Positions 16,667 to 26,260 of a DNA stretch of 53,602 bases are shown here, piece after piece (within the stretch, counting starts at the first letter, position 1; every line of letters begins with the position of its first letter). A program made the translations under genes and the position numbers. The DNA comes from a virus. Lineage: Duplodnaviria; Caudoviricetes. The notes below the pieces were generated by a model that ran no database searches, was not told the DNA's origin, and saw only the letters and a program-made list of their open reading frames with translations. Location of the stretch: positions 1 through 53,602 of the IMG/VR virus record IMGVR_UViG_3300042923_001154; one strand, 5' to 3'.

Positions 16667-17073
16667 TAAATCATTACATAAAAGAAAATGATAATGGTGT
16701 AATATCATTTAATATTCTCAGGATAGAACATAATAAGCAAAAGATATGCTCTTGTATTAATCCATCGTATGAAATTGATGAGATCAATCGGATTGTTGTC
16801 TGCACAGGATGTGGAGCTGTGGTGGATCCATTGGATGCACTGCTGGCAGTGGCTCAGAGAATGGACCAATATTCTGACTATCAGAATAAAGCAATAGCAC
16901 AGATTAAGACATTCAATGAATTGGCTGACAAAGCTATAAAGAAAAAATGTAAGAATTCCGCTTTTAAGGACATGGAAAAGCACTATTTGGTTGATAATTG
17001 CTATCCTCATTGTCCTAAGTGTGGAGAACAAATAGACCCTTCAGAAATTAACAGGTGGTCAAGAAAGATTTAA
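16663..17073 (+). CDS. Cys-rich hypothetical phage protein
   Basis: CSC...CTGC and CPKC motifs; 4-bp overlap with the upstream gene. Confidence 0.7.
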   Translation: MINHYIKENDNGVISFNILRIEHNKQKICSCINPSYEIDEINRIVVCTGCGAVVDPLDALLAVAQRMDQYSDYQNKAIAQIKTFNELADKAIKKKCKNSAFKDMEKHYLVDNCYPHCPKCGEQIDPSEINRWSRKI

Positions 17074-17188
17074 AAAATAAATTTTTATTTGATGATAAAA
17101 ATCATATATTTTTCCTGTATAAAATTCTTTTAATTATGTGGTTCAAAGCCATGAAAAATAAGAATTTATACATTTCGAGTATATTACC

Positions 17189-17263
17189 TTTTATGTCGCA
17201 TTTTATGTCGCTTTTCATGTCGCTTTTTATGTCGTTGTTTTTGGTGATTTCATGTGATATAAT
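17189..17263 (+). promoter_or_regulatory. Four 12-bp tandem repeats (ATGTCG core) upstream of an extended -10; candidate activator-dependent late promoter
   Basis: ATGTCG at 17193, 17205, 17217 and 17229; TGATATAAT ending at 17263; no canonical -35. Confidence 0.65.
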
Positions 17264-17355
17264 CATATCAGTGAAAAGTATATTTTGACAGGGCTATATT
17301 TCAATCATGAGGTTGAAGCATAGTCCTGTTTTGTTTATGTTGAGGCGGTGATGAT

Positions 17356-17922
17356 ATGAATACAGTGGAACCTATAAGAGATATGAATCTAGTACTTGAT
17401 ATTGCAGACTATCTGAGAGTAAGAAATGAGCGTGATTATGTGATGTTCATGTTCGGTATCTATTCAGGTCTTAGAATTTCAGATATCTTATTGTTCAGGG
17501 TTAGAGATGTGAGGGATAAAGACTCTATCTGGATCCGTGAGATGAAGACAAATAAGGAAAAAAGGTTTGCTATAAATAATGAGCTCAAGCATATTATCCG
17601 TGACTATATATCTGATAAAAAAGATTACGAATATCTCTTCAAATCCAAGAAAGGGAAAAACAGTCCGATTTCAAGACAACAGGCCTACAATGTTATTAAT
17701 GGAGCTGCCAATACATTTGGGCTAGAGTCTATTGGTACCCATACCCTTAGAAAGACATTTGGTTATCATTCTTATCAGCAAAATAAAGATGCAGTCACTC
17801 TGATGAAGATATTTAATCATTCGGACATATCTGTTACATTGAGATATATTGGTATTAATCAGGATACGATGGATGCTGTTATTAAAAAATTGTCGTTCAA
17901 GCCGGGTAGAAAAACGGAATGA
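17356..17922 (+). CDS. Short tyrosine recombinase (catalytic domain only)
   Basis: SGLRISDIL, K, HTLRKT, FNHS, TLRYIG (R-K-H-R-H-Y). Confidence 0.93.
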   Translation: MNTVEPIRDMNLVLDIADYLRVRNERDYVMFMFGIYSGLRISDILLFRVRDVRDKDSIWIREMKTNKEKRFAINNELKHIIRDYISDKKDYEYLFKSKKGKNSPISRQQAYNVINGAANTFGLESIGTHTLRKTFGYHSYQQNKDAVTLMKIFNHSDISVTLRYIGINQDTMDAVIKKLSFKPGRKTE

Positions 17923-17941
17923 TTATTCTTTTATGCGTTCT

Positions 17942-18050
17942 ATTTGACATAATGAGTAAATGTAAAATGATATTGGATTAATTTTTTCGGACTTAATAGA
18001 AGAAAAGGCTCTAAATCATATTTGACACAATTATAAGATATGTCAAATAT
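17942..18050. repeat. Two related inverted repeats (ATTTGACA arms), candidate recombinase sites
   Basis: ATTTGACAT-N9-ATGTAAAAT (17942-17968); ATATTTGACA-N13-TGTCAAATAT (18018-18050). Confidence 0.55.
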
Positions 18051-18149
18051 AAAGCTATATTTTCTATGACTAAATATTCAATCTTAAACCGACAAACTAT
18101 TGCCAACATATGTAAAATATGATACCCTCTCTTTAAGGGAGGCGATAAT

Positions 18150-18482
18150 ATGAATAGAGATTTTTATGAAATAAAATTAATGCTGGCAATCGATATTTTA
18201 TGTGAAGGTTCAAAGAAGGTTGATAATCTCAAGTGTCAATATAGTAATGGTGTATTTAGCATGGAGTTCAACAATGGAAATGAAAAAAGATCAGTACAGT
18301 ATACATTTGATGAACTGAAAAGCTCCATAGATCTTTCCAGTGGAGATGCGTACAAAATTAAGGATGAGATTATAACGTTCGCCGGTAGTAATTTAAGATC
18401 TGAATATATCGAAGAGAAATCTTCTGAAATAGCAGATAAGTTGAACTTAGCAAAGAAACTTTTAGAAAGTCTTGGAGATTAA
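18150..18482 (+). CDS. Hypothetical protein (moron-like)
   Basis: GGGAGG RBS and its own terminator. Confidence 0.7.
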   Translation: MNRDFYEIKLMLAIDILCEGSKKVDNLKCQYSNGVFSMEFNNGNEKRSVQYTFDELKSSIDLSSGDAYKIKDEIITFAGSNLRSEYIEEKSSEIADKLNLAKKLLESLGD

Positions 18483-18495
18483 TATTATTTATAAT

Positions 18496-18519
18496 AAGCA
18501 TCCTTCGGGGTGCTTTTAT
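18496..18519 (+). terminator. Intrinsic terminator
   Basis: AAGCATCC-TTCG-GGGTGCTT followed by T-rich sequence. Confidence 0.7.
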
Positions 18520-18569
18520 AATACAAAAATTTATCTATCAATATAGAAAATAAGAGAGGAGGGGAATAA

Positions 18570-18788
18570 ATGAATATACTATTCGATCCGTTATTTGGTA
18601 TCAGTTTTACGAGTCTGATAAGTATAATAGTATTTGGATTAATTAATACCGCTCTGATAACCTATAATATCTCCGCAAATCACATATTTTGCATGCGTAT
18701 TAAATCCATACATCCAGTCCGAATTAAGCCTGTTAGGATGAAGATATTCAGTGATAATGAAAAACTCGTACAGACTGAATATGATTAG
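18570..18788 (+). CDS. Small membrane protein
   Basis: GGAGG RBS; N-terminal hydrophobic helix. Confidence 0.55.
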   Translation: MNILFDPLFGISFTSLISIIVFGLINTALITYNISANHIFCMRIKSIHPVRIKPVRMKIFSDNEKLVQTEYD

Positions 18789-18860
18789 TTCTAACAGGCT
18801 TATTAAATATAATACGAATATATGATAAAGCTGCATCGATAAAGGATGTAGCTTTTTTAA

Positions 18861-18933
18861 TGGCATATAGCTCAATGGTTTAGAGCGTCGGCCTTATAAG
18901 CCGGTGACCATGGTTCGACTCCGTGTATGCCAA
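18861..18933 (+). tRNA. tRNA-Ile (anticodon UAU), CCA not encoded
   Basis: Acceptor TGGCATA/TATGCCA + A; D stem GCTC/GAGC; anticodon stem TCGGC/GCCGG with loop CT-TAT-AA; T arm CATGG-TTCGACT-CCGTG. Confidence 0.9.
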
Positions 18934-18977
18934 TTGTAACAATGATAAATCAATATATATTTTAGGATGGTGAGCCT

Positions 18978-19157
18978 ATGAAGATATACAAAGTGGTCGC
19001 AGATAAAAAGCCTAAGAATTGCATCGAGTGTCCATTGCTTGGTAAGCGTGAGTGTGGAGCAGATCATAAGGTACAAGCCACAAGTGGCAGTGCATATCAT
19101 GAGATATTACCAGATCATAGATGTGTAATAAGAGAATCTGGTACCCAGCATCAATAA
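18978..19157 (+). CDS. 59-aa Cys-containing protein (not in ORF track)
   Basis: MKIYKVVADKKPKNCIECPLL...; preceded by AGGATGGTG. Confidence 0.5.
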   Translation: MKIYKVVADKKPKNCIECPLLGKRECGADHKVQATSGSAYHEILPDHRCVIRESGTQHQ

Positions 19158-19180
19158 CACATACATAGCTATCAATTCAT

Positions 19181-19225
19181 AGGTTCTTCCAGAGACCTAA
19201 AAAGCCTTGCGGTTCTGTCGAGCCC
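19181..19225 (+). other. Putative cos packaging site
   Basis: AGGTTCTTCC...TTGCGGTTCTGTCGAGCCC resembles the lambda cosQ/cosN layout and sits just upstream of terS. Confidence 0.45.
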
Positions 19226-19298
19226 AAAGTATGGCTAGGGACTAAATTATAAATTTTTAAATTGCCGTTTCCGTTTTTTCGATTGTGAGGTGAATCAG

Positions 19299-19901
19299 AT
19301 GGCAGCAGAAACTGAGAAGGTTGACGATATATCAAGAATAACCGTATCAGCCGGGGTGTTAGGTAAGATTATCGGTGTGTCAGACAGAAGAATAAGGCAG
19401 TTGGCTGATGAAGGAATACTCACTAAGGTTTCCTCTGGCCGGTATAGCCTGCAGGAGAGTCTTCATAGTTATATTCTTAATCTAAGGGTGGCTAACGATG
19501 CTGACAGAGGTCAGAAAGAGTTAGAGGATAAACTAGATTATGCATTAGAAAAGGCTATGCATGAGAGAGTTAAGAGGCATATGTCTGAACTACAGTATGC
19601 GCTTATGAAAGGAAACGTTCATAGAGCTGAGGATGTTGAGGCAGTAATGACCAATATGCTTACTAACTTTAAGACGAAGATACTGAACTTACCTTCAAAA
19701 CTTACACCATTACTTGTCAACCGGAGTGATAAAAAGTATATCCTTGAACTACTTACGGATGAATTTGGTGAAGCCCTTGAGGAGTTAAGTATATATAACG
19801 CAAGTGATTTCTATTCGGATGAATATATCGACATAGAAGAAGACGAAGGCAATGAAGATGATGCCTTTGATACTTTTGAGGATGATGAAGAAGATGAATA
19901 G
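19299..19901 (+). CDS. Terminase small subunit (Nu1-like)
   Basis: N-terminal wHTH (GVSDRRIRQLADEG), coiled coil, upstream of TerL. Confidence 0.85.
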   Translation: MAAETEKVDDISRITVSAGVLGKIIGVSDRRIRQLADEGILTKVSSGRYSLQESLHSYILNLRVANDADRGQKELEDKLDYALEKAMHERVKRHMSELQYALMKGNVHRAEDVEAVMTNMLTNFKTKILNLPSKLTPLLVNRSDKKYILELLTDEFGEALEELSIYNASDFYSDEYIDIEEDEGNEDDAFDTFEDDEEDE

Positions 19902-21780
19902 CAATAAAGTTACTGCCGAAAGGTACAGAACAATTTCATTATTTCACAATATTGCGAAGATACTTGCACCGCCTCCGAAGCTACTTGTTAGTGATTGGGC
20001 TGATCGGTACCGTAAGTTATCTCCTGAAGCATCGGCTGAGCCCGGACAGTGGCACACCGACAGAGCAGAATTCCAAAGAGAGATCATGAACTCAATCAAT
20101 GATCCATTAATACAGGACATTGTTATTAAATCTTCCGCTCAGGTGGGTAAAACAGAAGTTGTACTAAACATCTGTGGATATTTTATGGATTATGAACCTG
20201 CTTCAATCATGGTTATTCAACCAACCATTGAAATGGGTGAGACCTTCAGTAAGGACCGACTGGCTCCTATGATAAGAGACACCGATGTTCTTAAGGCTAA
20301 AGTGAAAGAGCCAAGGACAAAGGATTCAGATAATACAATACTTCATAAGAAGTTCCCGGGTGGACATATCACAATAGCCGGTGCAAATTCTCCGGCTAGT
20401 TTAGCTTCTAGACCTATACGTATCTTACTTTGTGATGAGATTGATAGATACCCGGCTAGTGCCGGTTCCGAAGGTGATCCGGTTAAGCTTGGAGAAAAGA
20501 GAACAACAACCTTCTGGAACCGCAAGAGAGTGAAAGTATCCACTCCTACTATTGCAGGGTTTTCGAAAATTGATAAAGAATACATGCTTGGTACGCAAGA
20601 GGAATGGAATGTGCAATGTCCATCCTGTGGTAAATATCAACCTTATGTATTTAAGCGGATAGAGTTTGAGTCCGTAGAAATGAAATGTTTGTATTGTACC
20701 GAAGGCTTCCCTGAAAGAGAATGGAAAGCACAACCTCATAAATGGATTGCTGCGAATCCAAATGCCAAACGTATCAGATCATTTCATCTTAACGAGTTAT
20801 GTTCACCATGGAAGACATGGGAAGAGATAATAGAAGACTTTAAAAATGCCAATGATGATTTTAAGAAAACAGGTTCCACAGAATCTCTTAAGGTATTCAT
20901 CAATACTTCTCTAGGTGAGACATGGGAAGAGAAGGGAGAGGGTGGAGCTGATGAAAATGACCTACTCAAAAGAAGAGAAGTATATACAGCTGATATCCCA
21001 GATGGAGTTCTACTATTAACAGCTGGAGTCGATGTTCAGGATAACCGGCTTGAAGTTGAGATAGTTGGATGGGGAAGGGATTATGAGAGTTGGGGACTAT
21101 ATAAGAAAGTAATTAATAAGGATCCTCAGCTTGAGACCACATGGTTAGAGCTTGAAGAGCTTTATGATACTGAGATGTATTTCCATAATAGATCAGGGCT
21201 AATGATAGCTGCCATGTGTATTGATACTGGTGGACATCATACAAACATGGTATATAAGTTTGTTAAGGCAATGGCTAAGAAAAGTAAAAACATCTATGGT
21301 ATAAAAGGATATTCTAATACACCTGGTATTCCTTTAATATATAAGAAATCCAAGGTTGATATCAAAAACATTAGGGGTGCTGTCATTGATCATACGGATA
21401 TTTGGATACTAGGAGTCGATGCTGGTAAGGAAGATGTAGTTGCAAGATTAAAGATTGTCGAACCTGGTCCGGGGTATTGCCATTTCCCGAGCAATAGAGA
21501 TAGGGGATATGATCAGACATATATGCAGGGCATAACTTCAGAAGAAAAAGTTCAGAAGCTTGTAAAAAATAAGATGAAAATCGTCTGGGTTAAGAAAGCT
21601 GGAGTTAGAAACGAACCTCTAGACTTAAGAAATTACGCTTATGCAGCAGTGGAAATTCTCAATCCAAATTGGGCTAACCTAGAGAAAAAGGTTGAGAATG
21701 GTATCAACTATATGAAAAGATCATCTACTCCGGCTAAAAAACGTGTATCTGGAGTTAGAAATAAAGGAATCGAGGTATAA
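19894..21780 (+). CDS. Terminase large subunit (lambda GpA family)
   Basis: SAQVGKT Walker A, LLCDEIDRY Walker B, STPT, AGVDVQ, IDTGG, RNEPLD. Confidence 0.95.
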   Translation: MNSNKVTAERYRTISLFHNIAKILAPPPKLLVSDWADRYRKLSPEASAEPGQWHTDRAEFQREIMNSINDPLIQDIVIKSSAQVGKTEVVLNICGYFMDYEPASIMVIQPTIEMGETFSKDRLAPMIRDTDVLKAKVKEPRTKDSDNTILHKKFPGGHITIAGANSPASLASRPIRILLCDEIDRYPASAGSEGDPVKLGEKRTTTFWNRKRVKVSTPTIAGFSKIDKEYMLGTQEEWNVQCPSCGKYQPYVFKRIEFESVEMKCLYCTEGFPEREWKAQPHKWIAANPNAKRIRSFHLNELCSPWKTWEEIIEDFKNANDDFKKTGSTESLKVFINTSLGETWEEKGEGGADENDLLKRREVYTADIPDGVLLLTAGVDVQDNRLEVEIVGWGRDYESWGLYKKVINKDPQLETTWLELEELYDTEMYFHNRSGLMIAAMCIDTGGHHTNMVYKFVKAMAKKSKNIYGIKGYSNTPGIPLIYKKSKVDIKNIRGAVIDHTDIWILGVDAGKEDVVARLKIVEPGPGYCHFPSNRDRGYDQTYMQGITSEEKVQKLVKNKMKIVWVKKAGVRNEPLDLRNYAYAAVEILNPNWANLEKKVENGINYMKRSSTPAKKRVSGVRNKGIEV

Positions 21781-21783
21781 ATC

Positions 21784-22023
21784 ATGAATAGTTCAGATAA
21801 AATTAGGCTTGATACGTATAAGACTCGCATAGCGCAATATTATGCGGCTGAGGAGAAGATATTAGAGGGGCAAGCCTACTCAATCGGTTCGAGAAGCATG
21901 ACCAGAGCTAATCTGGCAGAGGTAAGAGCAGCAATAAAGGAATTGGAAGGGAAAATAAAAGCTCTCGAGACCAGAGGAACAACGAAAAGAAAAGTCGCAA
22001 GAGTTATTCCAAGAGACTTCTAG
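21784..22023 (+). CDS. Head-to-tail joining protein (gpW-like)
   Basis: GQAYSIGSRSMTRANL; between TerL and portal. Confidence 0.75.
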   Translation: MNSSDKIRLDTYKTRIAQYYAAEEKILEGQAYSIGSRSMTRANLAEVRAAIKELEGKIKALETRGTTKRKVARVIPRDF

Positions 22024-22034
22024 GAGGATGAGAA

Positions 22035-23615
22035 ATGAACTTAATAGATAATGTTTATATGCAACTGAATCCTGAGAAAGCCCTTAAAAGAGAAGTGGCA
22101 CGTCAGAGAGTTAATATGCTCCGAAGCCTGTCAAGTCCAGATGTAAGGAACAGTGGCTATGATGAGGGAGGAGCAAGTCGAAGAAAGAATAGTATGAAAG
22201 GTTGGAATGCACGAAGCTCATCTCCTCAGAAAGATATTGATCTTAATCTGAACTTACTCAGGCAGAGATCAAGAAGTTTATTTATGACGGCTCCTATAGC
22301 CACATCTGCTATTAAGACTAACCGCACCAATGTTATAGGATCCGGTTTGGTTTTGAAATCAAGAATTGATTATGAAGTATTAGGAATAACACATGAAGCA
22401 GCTGATCAACTTGAGAAGAAGATTGAAAAAGAATGGGCTTTGTGGTCTGAGTCAAAGTTCTGTGACAATAATCAGCAACACAATTTTCTGGAACTTCAGC
22501 AGATTGCAATTATATCTTGGTTCATGAACGGTGACTGTTTTGGGCTTATGAAATATAAAGACAAAACGAAATACATGCCATATCAGTTAAGAGTTAAGCT
22601 GATAGAAGGTGATAAGGTATCTACACCGGATTCCTATGGCGACAATATTGACCTATCTTTTAAATCAAAGAATGGTAATCGGATTATCAATGGAATTGAG
22701 ATTGATCCAGAAGGAGCAGTAGTTGCTTACTATATTGCGAATGCTTATTCAGATGATTATGAGACTGAGAAGAAATGGCAAAGGGTTATTGCATATGGTG
22801 AACTGACAGGAAATCCAAACATTGTACACATCTTTGAAGCCGAGAGGTGCGAGCAATACCGTGGAGTTCCGTACTTAGCTCCGGTTATAGAGTCGCTTAA
22901 GCAATTAACAAGATATACAGAAGCCGAGATTATGGCAGCAGTTATTAATGGTTTATTTTCTGTATTTATAAAAACACAGGATGGAGAAGAAGTCGATTTT
23001 AATGGTGTTGATGAAGATGGTGGTAAAGCTGATGGTGAGAATGCACCCTCTTATGAACTAGGTAATGGATTAATCAATTACCTTCAGCCGGGAGAAAGCA
23101 TAGAGATTGCTGATGCAAAAAGACCGAATGTAAATTTTGATGGATTTGTATCCTCTATGACGAAGTATATTGGCGCAGCTCTAGAAATTCCTGTTGAATT
23201 ATTGACTAAGAATTTTACTGCTTCATATTCTGCTTCAAGAGCAGCATTACTCGAAGCATGGAAAGCTTTCCGAATGAGAAGAACATGGTTTGCTAATGAT
23301 TTTTGTCAACCAATATTTGAATTGTGGTTATCTGAAGCGGTTAGTAAAGGAAGAATTAATGCCCCAGGTTTTTTCAATGATCCGATCATAAAAAAAGCTT
23401 ATTGTCGTGCTGAATGGAATGGTCCGGCGCAAGGACAACTTAATCCGACTGTTGAAGTAGAAGCTGCAAAGCTGAAGGTTGAGAATGGTTTCTCCACAAG
23501 AGAAAAGGAAACCATTGAGATGAATGGTGGTAATTTCGATAGCAATGTAGAGCAACTGCTATTAGAAAATCAGAAAATGAATAAGATAAATATGAACGGA
23601 GAAGGAGGTAAATAA
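22035..23615 (+). CDS. Portal protein, lambda family
   Basis: LRQRSR, QYRGVP.LAPVI, SYSASRAALLE. Confidence 0.93.
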   Translation: MNLIDNVYMQLNPEKALKREVARQRVNMLRSLSSPDVRNSGYDEGGASRRKNSMKGWNARSSSPQKDIDLNLNLLRQRSRSLFMTAPIATSAIKTNRTNVIGSGLVLKSRIDYEVLGITHEAADQLEKKIEKEWALWSESKFCDNNQQHNFLELQQIAIISWFMNGDCFGLMKYKDKTKYMPYQLRVKLIEGDKVSTPDSYGDNIDLSFKSKNGNRIINGIEIDPEGAVVAYYIANAYSDDYETEKKWQRVIAYGELTGNPNIVHIFEAERCEQYRGVPYLAPVIESLKQLTRYTEAEIMAAVINGLFSVFIKTQDGEEVDFNGVDEDGGKADGENAPSYELGNGLINYLQPGESIEIADAKRPNVNFDGFVSSMTKYIGAALEIPVELLTKNFTASYSASRAALLEAWKAFRMRRTWFANDFCQPIFELWLSEAVSKGRINAPGFFNDPIIKKAYCRAEWNGPAQGQLNPTVEVEAAKLKVENGFSTREKETIEMNGGNFDSNVEQLLLENQKMNKINMNGEGGK

Positions 23616-23617
23616 AT

Positions 23618-24775
23618 TTGGCTAAAAAAATCAATGTAAAAGGCAATATCGTTGGTAACGGCGATAAGTGGATTTACAATTGGCTTGGTATCGAGGCTAC
23701 ATCTCCTAAAGATGTTACTCAGATACTGGATGAAGTAAGTGGTACCGAGGAAATCATTATAGAAATCAATAGCGGTGGAGGAAGTGTTGTTGCTGCACAC
23801 GAAATTTATACAGCATTAGTATCATATACTGGAGATTTTGAGATACATGTTGTTGGATTAGCTGGAAGTGCTGCTTCTGAGATACTCGTTGCAGGTAAAA
23901 GCAAGATATCGCCAGTTGGTCTTGTTATGATACATAATTGCTCCACAAACTATGTTAGTGGTGATTATCGAGACATGGATAGTGCATCAAGAATGCTTCA
24001 GACAGTAAACAAAAGCATTCGTAATGCATATAAGGCAAAAACGAAGTTGTCTGATGATGAATTAAAGGTACTAATGGATCAGGAAACATGGCTTAGTGCT
24101 GAAGAAGCTGTTGAGCGAGGTTTTGTTGATGCGGTTATGTTTGCTGAGGAAGAGGATGAGGATCCCGATGACAATAAGATTACTAACCGTATTATGAATA
24201 ATCGACAGGTTGCAATTTATAACTCAACAGGAAGTATTAATTCAGATGTAATTGATAGACTTAAATGTCTTATCAAGCAAGAGGAAATTAATAATTTAAT
24301 ACCTGAAAATAATGAGCCTACTATTCATCCAACCATAGATGAACAGCAGGCTCATATTTTAGATAATAACAATCCAAAAGGAGGAAACAACATGACATTA
24401 GACGAGTTATTTAAAGAGCATCCTGAGGTAAAGGATGAAGTGGAAACTCTAAAGGTCACTGCTAAGCAGGAAGGAGTAACAGAAGAAAGGGGCAGGTTAC
24501 AGGCTATTGATAATATAGCTGCATCCGTTCCCAAGGATATGCTGGATAAGGCTAAGTATACAGAGGTAATGAATGCTTCTGAATTGGCTTTAAAGCTTGT
24601 ATCTGAGACAGCAGCAAGTGGTCAAAACTACTTTGCCAGCGCATTGAAAGATAGTGTTGCTTCTGGTGCGGATGGTGTTCAAACACCCCCGGCTGATGCT
24701 GAAGCCGATGCTGAGGATGCATTAATCAATTTTGCTGTGAAGGCAGCAAACGCAAAGAGAAAGGAGCGTAAGTAA
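23618..24775 (+). CDS. Head maturation protease, ClpP-like, with scaffold-like C-terminus
   Basis: INSGGGSV, LAGSAAS, MIHN, ETWLSAEEAVERGFVD. Confidence 0.93.
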   Translation: MAKKINVKGNIVGNGDKWIYNWLGIEATSPKDVTQILDEVSGTEEIIIEINSGGGSVVAAHEIYTALVSYTGDFEIHVVGLAGSAASEILVAGKSKISPVGLVMIHNCSTNYVSGDYRDMDSASRMLQTVNKSIRNAYKAKTKLSDDELKVLMDQETWLSAEEAVERGFVDAVMFAEEEDEDPDDNKITNRIMNNRQVAIYNSTGSINSDVIDRLKCLIKQEEINNLIPENNEPTIHPTIDEQQAHILDNNNPKGGNNMTLDELFKEHPEVKDEVETLKVTAKQEGVTEERGRLQAIDNIAASVPKDMLDKAKYTEVMNASELALKLVSETAASGQNYFASALKDSVASGADGVQTPPADAEADAEDALINFAVKAANAKRKERK

Positions 24776-24777
24776 TT

Positions 24778-25161
24778 ATGGAATTAATGAATAAGCCTAG
24801 TTATGAAGTGACACCCGATAAACTGATCATTGATTTCAGACATCCGTTAGATATAAAGACGGTTCAATTGGCAGCTAATCAGGGAACGGTAAAAAGAGGT
24901 ACCGTTATTTCAATCGTAGACCCAACACATGATTATGTGGTTTACGGCTCTGTTCTTGCAGAGGGTCAGACAGCGAATGCAAATTGCATTATAGCTGATG
25001 ATGTGGATACCACATCAACGGAGGCTAAAGTTACTGTTGTTGTTTACATTTCCGGTAACTTCAATAAGAATGAACTCATCATAAAAGATGGCAGTACACT
25101 GGATGCTACGAACATTGAGCATCTAAGAAATGCCGGAATTTATGTATCTAGTTCAATTTAA
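24778..25161 (+). CDS. Head decoration protein (gpD-like)
   Basis: Position; KRGTV...YISGNFN...LRNAGIY. Confidence 0.8.
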   Translation: MELMNKPSYEVTPDKLIIDFRHPLDIKTVQLAANQGTVKRGTVISIVDPTHDYVVYGSVLAEGQTANANCIIADDVDTTSTEAKVTVVVYISGNFNKNELIIKDGSTLDATNIEHLRNAGIYVSSSI

Positions 25162-25173
25162 TTTAAGGAGGAT

Positions 25174-26247
25174 ATGAATATGCCTATTTATGATACAAGA
25201 TCATTAATCAAGACAGCAAAGAAAATCTACCCGGTGCTTAACTGGTTCCGTAACCGTTACTTCCCTACCACTGATCAGGATATGTTCCCAACGAATAAAG
25301 TCCTGATTGAATATAAGGAAGGCAATCGGAAGATGGCTCCTTTTGTTATTCCACGTAAGGGTGGAATTACGATGGATAGAGAAGGATATACTGCACAGGA
25401 ATTTGAACCTCCGTACATTGCTCCACAGAGACCACTTACTATTGATGATCTCAATAAGAAAGGGTTCGGAGAGGATCTGTTTTCCGAAATGACACCGGAG
25501 CAGAGACAGGCACAGGTGCTTGGCGAAGATCTCGCTGATTTAAGTGCTATGATTGATCGTAGAGAAGAGTGGATGTGTGGAGAGGTAATCTTCAAAGGCG
25601 AGGTTATCATGAAGCACTATGCAGAGGCCTATGGAGTTGGAACACCTGTAGAAAAGGTTCTTCGTTATTATGACACTGCTGAAGGTTTCCAGAATATCTA
25701 TACTCCTCAGGTGTTGTGGGATGGGGTTAGCCCGAAAATTTACAATGATCTTGATGCTATGGTTTCAGTTTTGACCTCTGCTGGATGCCAAGTAACTGAT
25801 TTGAATATGGCATCAGATGTATATTCCGTATTCATTAATGATCCCGGTGTTCAGAAGTTACTGGATAACAGATCAATGAATATAGGTAACATAACACCTG
25901 TTGAGACTCCCGAAGGTGTAGCACATGTAGGAAATATCATTGTAAGAGGTAAGAAGCTTGACATTTTCGTTTATGATGAGACTCTTGAAGACGAAGAAGG
26001 CAATATTGTACCGTTCATGCCTTCAGGGAAGCTCTTCTTAGCAGCACCCGGCATGGGAAGACTCCTATATGGTGCGATCACTCAGATTGAGCAAGAAGAC
26101 AATCAATTCCATACATACCGTGGAAAGAGAATCCCGAAATATCTTGCAGATGCAAAGCATGAAGTAAGAGAAATCAGAGTTTCTTCAGCTCCGGTACCGG
26201 TTCCTAATGACAAGAGAGGCTGGGTTGTAGCCGATGTATTAAACTAG
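25174..26247 (+). CDS. Major capsid protein (lambda E family)
   Basis: RKMAPFV, FEPPYI, IDRREEWM, SAPVPVP. Confidence 0.92.
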   Translation: MNMPIYDTRSLIKTAKKIYPVLNWFRNRYFPTTDQDMFPTNKVLIEYKEGNRKMAPFVIPRKGGITMDREGYTAQEFEPPYIAPQRPLTIDDLNKKGFGEDLFSEMTPEQRQAQVLGEDLADLSAMIDRREEWMCGEVIFKGEVIMKHYAEAYGVGTPVEKVLRYYDTAEGFQNIYTPQVLWDGVSPKIYNDLDAMVSVLTSAGCQVTDLNMASDVYSVFINDPGVQKLLDNRSMNIGNITPVETPEGVAHVGNIIVRGKKLDIFVYDETLEDEEGNIVPFMPSGKLFLAAPGMGRLLYGAITQIEQEDNQFHTYRGKRIPKYLADAKHEVREIRVSSAPVPVPNDKRGWVVADVLN

Positions 26248-26260
26248 GAGGTAACATTTT

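Noticed and set aside
17055-17288. 77-aa ORF with FMSL repeats
   Set aside because: It is a translation of the 12-bp DNA repeat and promoter region; no RBS.
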